Assembly (NCBI GenBank): GCA_964605205.1
Contig: CAZSBL010000004.1
Location: 1-55,500 of the forward strand
Reading direction: 5' to 3'
DNA length: 55,500 nt
DNA from: an uncultured Gemmatimonadaceae bacterium
GTDB taxonomy: Bacteria > Gemmatimonadota > Gemmatimonadetes > Longimicrobiales > RSA9
The position numbers and the translations under genes were made by a program. The notes beneath the pieces are model-generated. The model saw nothing but the letters and a program-made list of their open reading frames with translations. It was not told the origin of the DNA and did not search any database. Shown here piece by piece: positions 25,770-34,631 of this stretch. Numbering within the stretch: position 1 is the stretch's first letter; each line of letters opens with the position of its first letter.

Positions 25770-26672
25770 TCACTTCAGCCACCGCCGCGCCACGGGGACC
25801 AGGAGCCCGATCAGGAGCCCGGTCCCGAGCCCGACCGTGGTGTCGATGGCGTAATGGATCCCGGAATAGACCGCGCCGAAGGCGATCCCCAGGGTGCCGA
25901 GGGCCAGGATCGGCGCGGCCGCCGGGAGGTGCCGGACCGCGTTCGTCACCTGGACCGCCGCCAGCGCCGTGTGCGACGACGGGAACGCGGTCCCCGAGCT
26001 GGCGCCGCTGCCGAGGATGAACTGCACCGTGCGGTACATCGGCCCCGCCGACTGGGGCTCGCCCGGTGGCGGGAAGAGGAAGTAGGGCCCCTTCACCGGG
26101 AAGGTGATGAAGACGGTGTAGTGGACGGCGAAGCCGAGCATCATCCCGAACAGCGTGTCCACGAGCGCGTCCCGGCCCCGGCGGGCGTAGACCACCACGG
26201 GATAGACGTACAGGATCAGATAGTACGAGAGGTACGCGAAGTGGAGCGGCTCGGAGAGGAGCAGGGAGGTGAAGCGCCGGGGGAAGGTGACCGCCACCTG
26301 CGTCCCGAAGACCGCCGCCTCCCACTGCTGCACCAGCGCGTCGAAGTAATGGCCGCCCCAGATGGACTGGTTCAGCAGCGGCAGCTCCCAGTACAGGAAG
26401 GGCAGCAGGAGCAGCGGGTACCCGTCGGCGACGATGGCCGCCGTCCGGCGGAGCGGGTCCGGCCACCGCCGGTCTGGCTCGCCACGGGCCCACCGCCGGA
26501 GCCGCTCCCACCCTCCCGTGAGGAGCGCGCCGCCGAGGGCCAGGTGCGCGGCCACCAGGAGCGGCCAGAGCGCCGGCCGGTGGGGGAACGCGTAGGCCAG
26601 GGCGGCCAGGACGAGGTACCCGCCGACCACGCGGTCGAGGGGCCGGGCGGGTCTAGGCGAGCTCCCGTCCAT
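25770..26672 (-). CDS. PAP2/AUR1-like membrane phosphoesterase or phosphotransferase
   Basis: FPVKGP, AFPSSH, GIHYAID and FAYLSYY, an AUR1/PAP2_3-type layout. Confidence 0.85.
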   Translation of the reverse strand: MDGSSPRPARPLDRVVGGYLVLAALAYAFPHRPALWPLLVAAHLALGGALLTGGWERLRRWARGEPDRRWPDPLRRTAAIVADGYPLLLLPFLYWELPLLNQSIWGGHYFDALVQQWEAAVFGTQVAVTFPRRFTSLLLSEPLHFAYLSYYLILYVYPVVVYARRGRDALVDTLFGMMLGFAVHYTVFITFPVKGPYFLFPPPGEPQSAGPMYRTVQFILGSGASSGTAFPSSHTALAAVQVTNAVRHLPAAAPILALGTLGIAFGAVYSGIHYAIDTTVGLGTGLLIGLLVPVARRWLK

Positions 26673-27777
26673 ACACGCGATACGTCTTGAACACGTATGC
26701 CCCCATCCGCTCCATCCCCCGGCGCATCCCCCAGTTGTCCTCGAGGATCCAGCCGGCCTCGGCCCGGTGGATCCCGGCGCCGGTGCCCTGCTCGAACATG
26801 TGCAGGTAGAAGAGGGCGTCGATCCCCTTGCGGCGGTACGCCGGCTTGAGCCCCAGCGTGAAGACGCGGAGCTGGTCGATCTTCCGCCGGTGCCAGAGCA
26901 GCTTGAGCCAGCCGAAGGGGAAGAGCCGGCCGTTCAGGTGCTTCAGCACCCGGTTGTAGTCCGGGAGCGCCAGCGCGAAGCCCACGGGCTCGCTGCCGAC
27001 CTCCGCGATGACGGCGTACCGCTCGTCGATGATCGGCTTCAGCTCCTGGCCCAGGTGCTCGATCTCCGCGTCGGTCAGCGGCGCGAAGCCCCAGTTCTTC
27101 TCCCACGCGGCGTTGTAGATCTCCTTCACCAGCCGGATCTCCCGGTCGAGACGCTTCAGCTCGATCTGACGGAGCCGCAGCCCGTCGATCTTGCTGGTCA
27201 TCCGCTTCACCCCCCGCACCAGCCGCTCCGGCGGCGCATCGGCCTCGAGGCGGTACGAGAGGAGGTCCTTCGCCTTGTCCCACCCCGCCGCCTCGAAGAG
27301 CGTCGGGTAGTACGGCGGGTTGTGCCCCATGAGCAGGACGGGCGGCGTGCCGTAGTTGTCGAGGAGGACGCCGGGGCCGTACAGCTCGTCGTTGGTGGAG
27401 AGGTTAAACGGGCCGATGGCCTCGGCCTGCCCGCGCTCCCGCAGCCAGTCGGCGGCGGTCTCGAGCAGGAGCCCGGCCACCGCCGGGTCATCGACGCACT
27501 CGAACAGCCCGATGAAGCCGGTGCGGGTGTCGTGGAACGCGTTGTAGCGGTGGTTCACGGCCGCGGCGATCCGGCCGACCACCTCGTCATGGCGGAGGGC
27601 CAGGAAGAACTCGGTGTCGGCGTGCTCGTGGAACGGGTGCTCGCGGCGCACGAGGGTCCGGACATCGGCTTTCAGCGGCGGGACCCACGCGGGGTCGTCG
27701 GCGTAGATCCGCCAGGGCAGCTCGATGAACCGCTTCTCGCTCGCCGGGTCCCGGACCGGCACCACCAGGGTGCCCAT
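26653..27777 (-). CDS. GNAT-like N-acyltransferase, bacterial ceramide synthase (bCerS)-like
   Basis: FIELPWRIY.DDPAWVPPL, VVGRIAA, GFIGLFE, HNPPYY, AWEKNWGF, WILEDN; adjacent to spt. Confidence 0.75.
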   Translation of the reverse strand: MGTLVVPVRDPASEKRFIELPWRIYADDPAWVPPLKADVRTLVRREHPFHEHADTEFFLALRHDEVVGRIAAAVNHRYNAFHDTRTGFIGLFECVDDPAVAGLLLETAADWLRERGQAEAIGPFNLSTNDELYGPGVLLDNYGTPPVLLMGHNPPYYPTLFEAAGWDKAKDLLSYRLEADAPPERLVRGVKRMTSKIDGLRLRQIELKRLDREIRLVKEIYNAAWEKNWGFAPLTDAEIEHLGQELKPIIDERYAVIAEVGSEPVGFALALPDYNRVLKHLNGRLFPFGWLKLLWHRRKIDQLRVFTLGLKPAYRRKGIDALFYLHMFEQGTGAGIHRAEAGWILEDNWGMRRGMERMGAYVFKTYRVYGRELA

Positions 27778-27796
27778 GCCTACAGGGTGCCCATGC

Positions 27797-28981
27797 CTAC
27801 AGGACGGCCATGGCCTTCCCGACCTTCGCGAAGGCGTCCAGCACCTGGTCGATGTGCTCGTCCTCGTGGGTGGCCATGAGGGAGATCCGGAGCCGGCACG
27901 AGTCCTCCGGCACCGCCGGCGGCGTCACCGGGTTCGTGAATACGCCGGCGTCGAACAACTCCTTCCAGAAGACCAGCATCCGGTCCAGCTCACCGATCAC
28001 CACCGGCACCACCGGCGTCTCGCTTTCGCCGATGTCGTAGCCGAGGCCCTTGAGCCCTTCCTGCATCCGGCGGGTGTTCCGCCAGAGCCGCTGGATCCGC
28101 TCCGGCTCTTCCTTCAGTACGTCCAGGGCGGCCTGCACCGTGGCCACCGCGGACGGCGGCATGCTGGCACTGAAGATCAGCGGCCGGGCGTGGTGCTTCA
28201 GGTAGTGGATCACCACTTCCGGGCCCGCCACCACGCCGCCGATGGAGGCCAGCGACTTCGAGAAGGTGGTGATGATCAGCCCCACCTCGTCGGTCAACCC
28301 GAAGTGTTCTGCGGTCCCGGCGCCCGTCTCGCCCAGCACGCCGAAGGCGTGGGCGTCGTCCACCACCACCCTGGCGTGGTACCGCTGGCCGAGCTCCACC
28401 AGCCCCGGCAGGTCCACGATGTCGCCCTCCATGGAGAAGATACCGTCGGCGATGATCATCTTTCCCGCCTCCGCCGGCACCTTCCGGAGCCGTCGCTCCA
28501 GGTCCTCCATGTCATTGTGGTTGTACTTGTGGGTCTCCCCGTGAGAGAGACGGCAGCCGTCCACGATGCTCGCGTGGTTGAGGCGGTCGCTGAAGATGTG
28601 CTCGTTGCGCCCCACCAGGCCGGCGATGACGCCCAGATTGGTCTGGAACCCGGTGCTGAAGATCAGCGCCTCTTCCTTGCCCAGGAACTCGGCCAGATCG
28701 CGCTCCAGCTTCTGGTGCAGGTCCAGGGTGCCGTTCAGGAAGCGGCTGCCCGTGCACCCGCTGCCATACCGACGCAGCGCCTCGTCGGCCGCCGCCAGCA
28801 CCTTCGGATGATGTGTGAGGCCCAGGTAGTTGTTGGACCCCACCATGATCTTCCGGCGTCCCTCGACCACCACCACGGTATCGTGGGAGTCCTCGATGGC
28901 GCGGAAGTACGGGTAGAACCCTGCGGCCTGGACCTCCCGCGCCTGCGTGTAGTTACGGCATTTGTCGAACAGACTCATCAA
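27797..28981 (-). CDS. spt: Serine palmitoyltransferase (alpha-oxoamine synthase family)
   Basis: FYPYF, GSNNYLGL, SRFLNGT, NHASIVDG, DDAHAFG, TFSKS (PLP Lys) and IFSASMPP favour SPT over BioF/Kbl. Confidence 0.85.
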   Translation of the reverse strand: MMSLFDKCRNYTQAREVQAAGFYPYFRAIEDSHDTVVVVEGRRKIMVGSNNYLGLTHHPKVLAAADEALRRYGSGCTGSRFLNGTLDLHQKLERDLAEFLGKEEALIFSTGFQTNLGVIAGLVGRNEHIFSDRLNHASIVDGCRLSHGETHKYNHNDMEDLERRLRKVPAEAGKMIIADGIFSMEGDIVDLPGLVELGQRYHARVVVDDAHAFGVLGETGAGTAEHFGLTDEVGLIITTFSKSLASIGGVVAGPEVVIHYLKHHARPLIFSASMPPSAVATVQAALDVLKEEPERIQRLWRNTRRMQEGLKGLGYDIGESETPVVPVVIGELDRMLVFWKELFDAGVFTNPVTPPAVPEDSCRLRISLMATHEDEHIDQVLDAFAKVGKAMAVL

Positions 28982-29008
28982 ACCCCCGATCTCATATGCT
29001 TCAGCGAC

Positions 29009-29971
29009 TCACAGCCAGCCGTACGCCCGGTACCACGCGGCGGTTTCCCGGAGGCCGTCCGCCAGCGGGATCCGGGCCTCGAAGCCCAGCTCCCGACGGG
29101 CCGTCGCCGTCTCGCACAGCCACTCCGCCAACAGCTCCTTCGCTTTGTCCCGGTCGAAGATGACCGGGCGGCGCGTCCGGCGGGCGATGGCTTCCGACAC
29201 CGCCGCCGCCCCCTTCACCGCCGCCGCGGGCACCCGGATCCGGACCCCTGTCCGGTCCATCACCCGCGCCATCATGTCCAACAGCTCGCTCCAGCGGTAG
29301 GCCCGGGGCTCGGCCACGTGGTAGACGCCCGTGGCGTCCGCCGCCGCCGCCGCCATCATCGCCTCCGCCAGGTCCCGGGCGTGCACCAGCTGCAGCCGCC
29401 GGTCCGGCGGCCCCACCACCGGCAGCACCCCGAACCGCGCCAGCCGGAAGAACGTCAGCAGGTCCCGGTCCCCGGGGCCGTACACCGCCGGAGCCCGGAT
29501 CACCGCCGCGTCTGGCCACCCCTCCACCACGGCCTCGCCGGCCAGCTTGCTCCGGCCGTAGGCCGTGAGCGGCCGCGGCTCGTCGCCGGGTTCCACCGGC
29601 GTCCCATCCCGCGACGGCCCTACGGCCGCCATCGAGCTCAGGTACACGAGTCGGGCACCGCTGGTCTCCGCCTCCATGGCGGTGACCAGCCGCTCCGTGC
29701 CCTCCGCGTTGATCCTGTGAAACGTCTCGGCGTCCAGGGCGCGCGTCGCGGCGGCCATGTGGACCACCACGTCGGCGCCCGCCACCGCCCGACGCAGCGA
29801 GGCCCCGTCGCTCAGGCTCCCGACCACCGTCTCGAAGCCGTACCGTTCGAGGAGGGAGGTGTCGCTCGACTCCCGTACGAGAGCCCGCGCTCGGCCGACC
29901 CGCCGCGCCAGCACGTCCACGAGGTGCGACCCGACGAAGCCGGTCGCGCCGGTAATCAGGATATCCGTCAC
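29009..29971 (-). CDS. NAD-dependent epimerase/dehydratase (extended SDR), putative ceramide reductase CerR-like
   Basis: TGATGFVG, YGRSK, IRAPAVYGPGD; directly upstream of spt. Confidence 0.8.
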   Translation of the reverse strand: MTDILITGATGFVGSHLVDVLARRVGRARALVRESSDTSLLERYGFETVVGSLSDGASLRRAVAGADVVVHMAAATRALDAETFHRINAEGTERLVTAMEAETSGARLVYLSSMAAVGPSRDGTPVEPGDEPRPLTAYGRSKLAGEAVVEGWPDAAVIRAPAVYGPGDRDLLTFFRLARFGVLPVVGPPDRRLQLVHARDLAEAMMAAAAADATGVYHVAEPRAYRWSELLDMMARVMDRTGVRIRVPAAAVKGAAAVSEAIARRTRRPVIFDRDKAKELLAEWLCETATARRELGFEARIPLADGLRETAAWYRAYGWL

Positions 29972-30102
29972 AACGTGCCGTTGAAGGTGGGCGCCCCGTA
30001 ACGAAAAGGCAATGAACCGCCGGGGGCGGTGGGACGGGACTTGCACACTGAGACGGTGCCGAGCAGCTTCTTCGACCCCGAACTCGCGCACAGGAGGATT
30101 CC

Positions 30103-30381
30103 GTGGCGCTTCTCGACGAGCAGGAGATCCGCAGCCATCTCGACCGGCTGCACGGCTGGACCCGTGATGGAGACATGATCCGGAAGACGTTCACCCTGGA
30201 CTCGTTCCAGGAAGCCATCGACTTCGTGAACCGGATCGCCGAGCGGGCGGAGGCGGCCGGCCATCACCCGGACATCGACATCCGGTACGACCGCGTGGCG
30301 TGCGCCCTCTCGACGCACAGCGAGGGCGGCCTCACGAACAAGGACTTCGACATGGCCGCCCGGATCGAAGAGGTCCGTTAG
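30103..30381 (+). CDS. phhB: Pterin-4-alpha-carbinolamine dehydratase
   Basis: AGHHPDI, LSTHSEGGLT.KDFDMA. Confidence 0.95.
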   Translation: MALLDEQEIRSHLDRLHGWTRDGDMIRKTFTLDSFQEAIDFVNRIAERAEAAGHHPDIDIRYDRVACALSTHSEGGLTNKDFDMAARIEEVR

Positions 30382-30429
30382 CGGCCCGCGGTCGGCGGCC
30401 GGTGGCCGCCCCCCGGCGGTCACCGGGCC

Positions 30430-31749
30430 TCACCGCCCGTTCCCGGCCACGAGGGCGCCGACCACGTCCACGGCGTGATCCAGCTGCGCTTCCGTGATGG
30501 TCAGCGGGGGTGTAAACGCCAGCGCGGCCCCCTCCGGGAGGAGGATCACGCCCTCCCGCAGCGCGGCGGCCGCCAGCGCGGCGGCCGTCTTCTCGTCCGC
30601 GACCTCCAGCGCCCGCATGAGCCCCAGCCCCCGGGTGGACCGTGCGCCGGCGTGGGTCTGGACCAGCGCCCGGAGTCGCTCGTCGAGCCGGTCTCCGAGC
30701 TTGGCGGCCCGGGCCACCAGCCCCCGGCCCTCGATCTCGTCGAGCTGCGCCAGCGCGGCGGCGCACGTCACCGGGTTGCCCAGGAAGGTGCTGGTGTGGA
30801 TCGCCTCCCCGTCGGACGGCGGCCACGCCTCCATGACGGCGGGGTTGCCGATCACCGCGCTCAGCGGGAGCCCGCCGGCCAGCGACTTGCCCACCGTCAC
30901 GAGGTCCGGCACCACGCCCGTGTGCTGGCACGCGAACCACCGGCCGGTGCGGCCCAGCCCGGTGTAGATCTCGTCGGCGATGAGGAGCACGCCCTCCTCG
31001 TCGCAGAGCGTCCGCAGCCGGGTCAGGAAGTCCGGCGGTGGGACCACGATCCCGCCCCGCCCCTGCACCGGCTCGACGATCACCGCGCCCACCGGCGGGT
31101 CGCCCCGGATCGCGGTCCGCACCGCCTCCAGCGCCGCGTCGGTGGTCACGTCGCGCCGGCCGACCGGTGCCGCGCCATCGGCCGGGTAGGGGGCGAAGCG
31201 GACGCCGTCGAAGAGCTGGGCCTGGAACGGCGCCCGGAACCGGTGCCCGGCGGTGACGGCGAGGGCGCCGTACCCGAGGCCGTGGTAGCCGCCCTCGAAC
31301 GCCACGATCCCGGGCCGACCGGTGGCCAGTACGGCGGTCTTGAGCGCCGACTCCACCGCGTCGCTCCCGTTGGCCGAGAGGATGGAGACCGAGAGGTCGC
31401 CGGGGGCCAGCGCGGCCAGCCGCTCCAGCAGCTCGACCTTGATCTCCGCGGGGTGGACATCACCCATGGCGTGAGCCAGGCGCCGGAGCTGGGCCCCGGC
31501 GGCATCGGCCACCGCCGGGTTCCCGTGGCCCGCGGCACTCACGCCGAAGCCGGCGGTCAGGTCGATGTAGACATTGCCGTCGGCGTCCCGGACGTTGGCG
31601 CCGGCGGCCTCCGTCCAGAAGATCGGGCCCAGCTCGCCCACCGCGGTGATGTTGCGGGACTCGACGGCCGCCAGCCGCTCGGCCAGCGCCCGGGACTTCG
31701 GGCCGGGCACCGGTGTACGGAGGTCGGGGAGCGCTCCGCCCGGCGGCAT
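30430..31749 (-). CDS. Class III PLP aminotransferase (4-aminobutyrate aminotransferase-like)
   Basis: DADGNVYIDL, GSDAVESALK, YHG, EPVQGRGG, ADEIYTGLGRTG, GKSLAGG, HTSTFLGNP. Confidence 0.92.
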   Translation of the reverse strand: MPPGGALPDLRTPVPGPKSRALAERLAAVESRNITAVGELGPIFWTEAAGANVRDADGNVYIDLTAGFGVSAAGHGNPAVADAAGAQLRRLAHAMGDVHPAEIKVELLERLAALAPGDLSVSILSANGSDAVESALKTAVLATGRPGIVAFEGGYHGLGYGALAVTAGHRFRAPFQAQLFDGVRFAPYPADGAAPVGRRDVTTDAALEAVRTAIRGDPPVGAVIVEPVQGRGGIVVPPPDFLTRLRTLCDEEGVLLIADEIYTGLGRTGRWFACQHTGVVPDLVTVGKSLAGGLPLSAVIGNPAVMEAWPPSDGEAIHTSTFLGNPVTCAAALAQLDEIEGRGLVARAAKLGDRLDERLRALVQTHAGARSTRGLGLMRALEVADEKTAAALAAAALREGVILLPEGAALAFTPPLTITEAQLDHAVDVVGALVAGNGR

Positions 31750-31753
31750 CCGG

Positions 31754-32167
31754 TCAGTGCCGCTCGATGAGCCAGGTGACCAGGGCGCCGGCCAGGAGCC
31801 CGGCCACGAACGCCGTCCCCAGCGCCGGCCCGCTCCCGGCGGGCGGCAGTGCCCGGGGCCGGGTCTTCGGCTGCGTCGGGCCCCCGGCGGTGGTCTGCCC
31901 CTGGGCGGCGGCCTCAGTGGCCGCGGCGTCGAGCTCGGTCTCGTAGTCGCACGCGGGGCACTCCGCCTCCCCGTTCTCCAGCGCCGTCCTGTTGCGGTAC
32001 CCCAGCGGAGCCCCACATTCCGGGCAGTGGCGGCCCGCGGGGCGGGGGTCGATCCCCTCGTAGAGCGTGCGGCGCGAGAGGTCGAACTGGTCGGCGATCT
32101 CGGAGACCGATGCGTCGGTCTCCCAGTACAGCCGGTTCAGCTCCGTCTCGGTGCTTGGGTCCACCAT
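31754..32167 (-). CDS. Hypothetical protein: HTH-like N-terminus, CxxC-CxxC zinc ribbon, C-terminal TM anchor
   Basis: SVSEIADQFDLSRRTLY; CPECG..CPACD; C-terminal FVAGLLAGALVTWLI. Confidence 0.8.
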   Translation of the reverse strand: MVDPSTETELNRLYWETDASVSEIADQFDLSRRTLYEGIDPRPAGRHCPECGAPLGYRNRTALENGEAECPACDYETELDAAATEAAAQGQTTAGGPTQPKTRPRALPPAGSGPALGTAFVAGLLAGALVTWLIERH

Positions 32168-32381
32168 GGCGGCTCCCGTGGTTGGAGGCAGCGCTCAAGA
32201 TAGAAACGGTGCAAGCCGTGGACCAGACCGGGGCTCACCCGGCGGGCCGGTGGGCCGGCGGCCGGCGCCGGCCCGACTTCACGGAAACTCCGGTACGTAC
32301 ACGCGCGTACGGCCCCACACGGCCACACGGAATCACGGACACACGGAACGGAACTCCCGACGGAGCCAGACGAGGTCCAGC

Positions 32382-34565
32382 GTGATCGCTCTACTCCTCA
32401 TCGCCGCGCTACAGGGCGTGCAGGTCGACGTCGGCGTCGACCGCGAGCCCCGGACCGGGACCGGGGCCCCGCAGGACACCCTCCGGCCCGTGCCCACCCC
32501 GGAGGACTACGCCACCGCGTACGCCAACGAGGAGACCCGCACGCTGGTGGAGCGGGCCCGGGGCCACCGTGACGTCATCGACGCGTCGGTCTTCCACTAC
32601 ACCGCCACGTCGCACCAGCGGATCTCCGTTGGGATCCGGGCGCTGCGCCGGGAGCGGCTCCTCTTCCGGCGGGAGACGGCGGCCCGGATCGAGTGGCACC
32701 GCGACCGGCCGAGCCGGGTGAAGGTCGAGGGCGCCCGGCAGGCGGTGCCGGTGGCCATGCCCGGTATCCATATCCCCGAAGACCTGGAGGATTGGGCCCG
32801 GGAGTTCATGCCGGAGCCCGGCGATGACCGGCTCTTCGCGGCCGAGAGCAACGGCCCGTTCGCGTGGCACCCGCTCATGGACGGCGGCGAGGCGCTCTAC
32901 CGGTACGAGATCGGAGACAGCACCGTGATCCGGCTCCCGGACGGCGACCCGATCCGGCTGGTGGAGCTGCGGGCGATCCCCCGGGAGCGGGATATCCGCG
33001 TGGTCACGGGCTCGTTCTGGATCGAGCTCGACGACTACGCCATCGTCCAGGCCCTCTTCCGGCCCGCCGACTCCTTCGACCTCGAGCGAGATCTGGCGCG
33101 CCTCGACCCGGAGGAGGCGGCCGAAGAGGCCGATGACATGGACGAGATCCCGGCGATGCTCAAGCCCATCGTCTTCGAGATCGACTACGTGACCGTGGAC
33201 TACGGGCTCTGGGAAATGCGCTGGTGGATGCCCCGTCACATGGGGTTCCACGGGTCGCTCAGCATGGGCGCCATCACGGTCCCCGTCTCCCTTGAGATCC
33301 GCTACTCCGACTACACCGTGCGGGCCGATCCGTGGGGGTGGGACGAGTTGCCGCCGGCGATCCGCGACCTGGCCGGCGACACCACCGACACGCCCCGCCC
33401 GTTTGCGTTCCGCACCATCGTGGAGGTGGCCGACTCGGCCGCGCTGCTGAGCAGCCCGCTCCTGGTGGAATCGTTCTACGCCCATGGAGAGGGGCTGATC
33501 AGCGAGGCCGAGCTCCGGGACCTGACCGACCGGCTCGGGGCGCTCCCGCCGTCGCCGTGGGTGGCGAGACGGCCCCGGATCACGCCGCCCTGGGTGCCCG
33601 GGAAGGGGCTCCTCCGCTACAACCGGGTCGAGGCGCTCTCCGCCGGGGTGCGGGCCGACCTCGACCTGGGCCGTCTCCGCCTCGATGCCACCGCACGCCT
33701 CGGCGTGGCCGACCTCGCGCCCAACGCCGAGCTCGGCGTCACCATCCCGTCGCTCCGGCGCGACTGGCGGGTGGCGGCGTACCGGCGGCTGGCCGTGGCC
33801 GACCCGTCGCTCCGACCGCTGGGGCTCGGCAACTCCATCAGCGCGCTCCTCCTGGGGCGCGATAATGGGACCTACTTCCGGGCGCTGGGCGCCGAGGTGC
33901 GGGTGGCGCCGAAGGGCGAGTCGTGGTACCGGGCGCGGCTCTACGTCGAGCACCAGTCGGCGGCCGCCACGAACACCGATTTCAGCATCCCGCACCTCAT
34001 CGACCCGGCCCGCGGCTTCCGACCGACCATCGACGCGGCCACCGCCCACCAGGTGGGGCTGGCCATCACGCTGGGCGGCGAGCGCGGGCTGAACCCCACC
34101 GGCTTCCGCTGGGGCGGCTGGCTCGACCTGACCGCCCAGGCCGGGCGCTACACCTTCCTCCGGCCCGGGCTCACGCTCCGGGGCTCGGGCCCCGTGCTCG
34201 GGCTCCTGTTCGGCCTCGAGGTAGCTGGCGGGACCACCTTCGCCGACGGCGCGGCGCCGATCCAGGGCGCGTGGTTCCTGGGCGGGCCGGCCACCCTCCG
34301 GGGCTTCCGCGGCGGTGCCCTGACCGGCCCCGACTACGGCCGCGCACGGGCCGAGCTGGCCAACGCCTTCCCCGCCGCCCGGCTGTCCATCTTCGCCGAC
34401 GCCGGCTGGGCCGGGACCTTCGACGCGTTCGCCGAGGATGACGTGGCCCTCTCCGCCGGGATCGGTGCCAGCCTCTTCGACGGTCTCCTCCGCATTGACC
34501 TGGCCCGGCGGATCGAGCCGGAGCCCGGCACCCACCTCGAGCTCTATTTCGACGCGCTCTTCTGA
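32382..34565 (+). CDS. Outer membrane beta-barrel protein, Omp85/DUF5686-like
   Basis: Hydrophobic leader; RYNRVEAL; FLGGPATLRGF (Omp85 loop-6-like); terminal Phe. Confidence 0.7.
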   Translation: MIALLLIAALQGVQVDVGVDREPRTGTGAPQDTLRPVPTPEDYATAYANEETRTLVERARGHRDVIDASVFHYTATSHQRISVGIRALRRERLLFRRETAARIEWHRDRPSRVKVEGARQAVPVAMPGIHIPEDLEDWAREFMPEPGDDRLFAAESNGPFAWHPLMDGGEALYRYEIGDSTVIRLPDGDPIRLVELRAIPRERDIRVVTGSFWIELDDYAIVQALFRPADSFDLERDLARLDPEEAAEEADDMDEIPAMLKPIVFEIDYVTVDYGLWEMRWWMPRHMGFHGSLSMGAITVPVSLEIRYSDYTVRADPWGWDELPPAIRDLAGDTTDTPRPFAFRTIVEVADSAALLSSPLLVESFYAHGEGLISEAELRDLTDRLGALPPSPWVARRPRITPPWVPGKGLLRYNRVEALSAGVRADLDLGRLRLDATARLGVADLAPNAELGVTIPSLRRDWRVAAYRRLAVADPSLRPLGLGNSISALLLGRDNGTYFRALGAEVRVAPKGESWYRARLYVEHQSAAATNTDFSIPHLIDPARGFRPTIDAATAHQVGLAITLGGERGLNPTGFRWGGWLDLTAQAGRYTFLRPGLTLRGSGPVLGLLFGLEVAGGTTFADGAAPIQGAWFLGGPATLRGFRGGALTGPDYGRARAELANAFPAARLSIFADAGWAGTFDAFAEDDVALSAGIGASLFDGLLRIDLARRIEPEPGTHLELYFDALF

Positions 34566-34631
34566 CGCCCGGCCGAGCGCGGCCTCGCCAAGGGGCTGGC
34601 GCCGGAACGCTGCCGGGGCCACCTTCGCGGT

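Noticed and set aside
27797-28981. Annotation as bioF or kbl
   Set aside because: NNYLGL and TFSKS motifs, the FYPYF N-terminus and the flanking bCerS-like and reductase genes fit SPT better; no biotin or tdh genes are adjacent. Not formally excluded without a tree.
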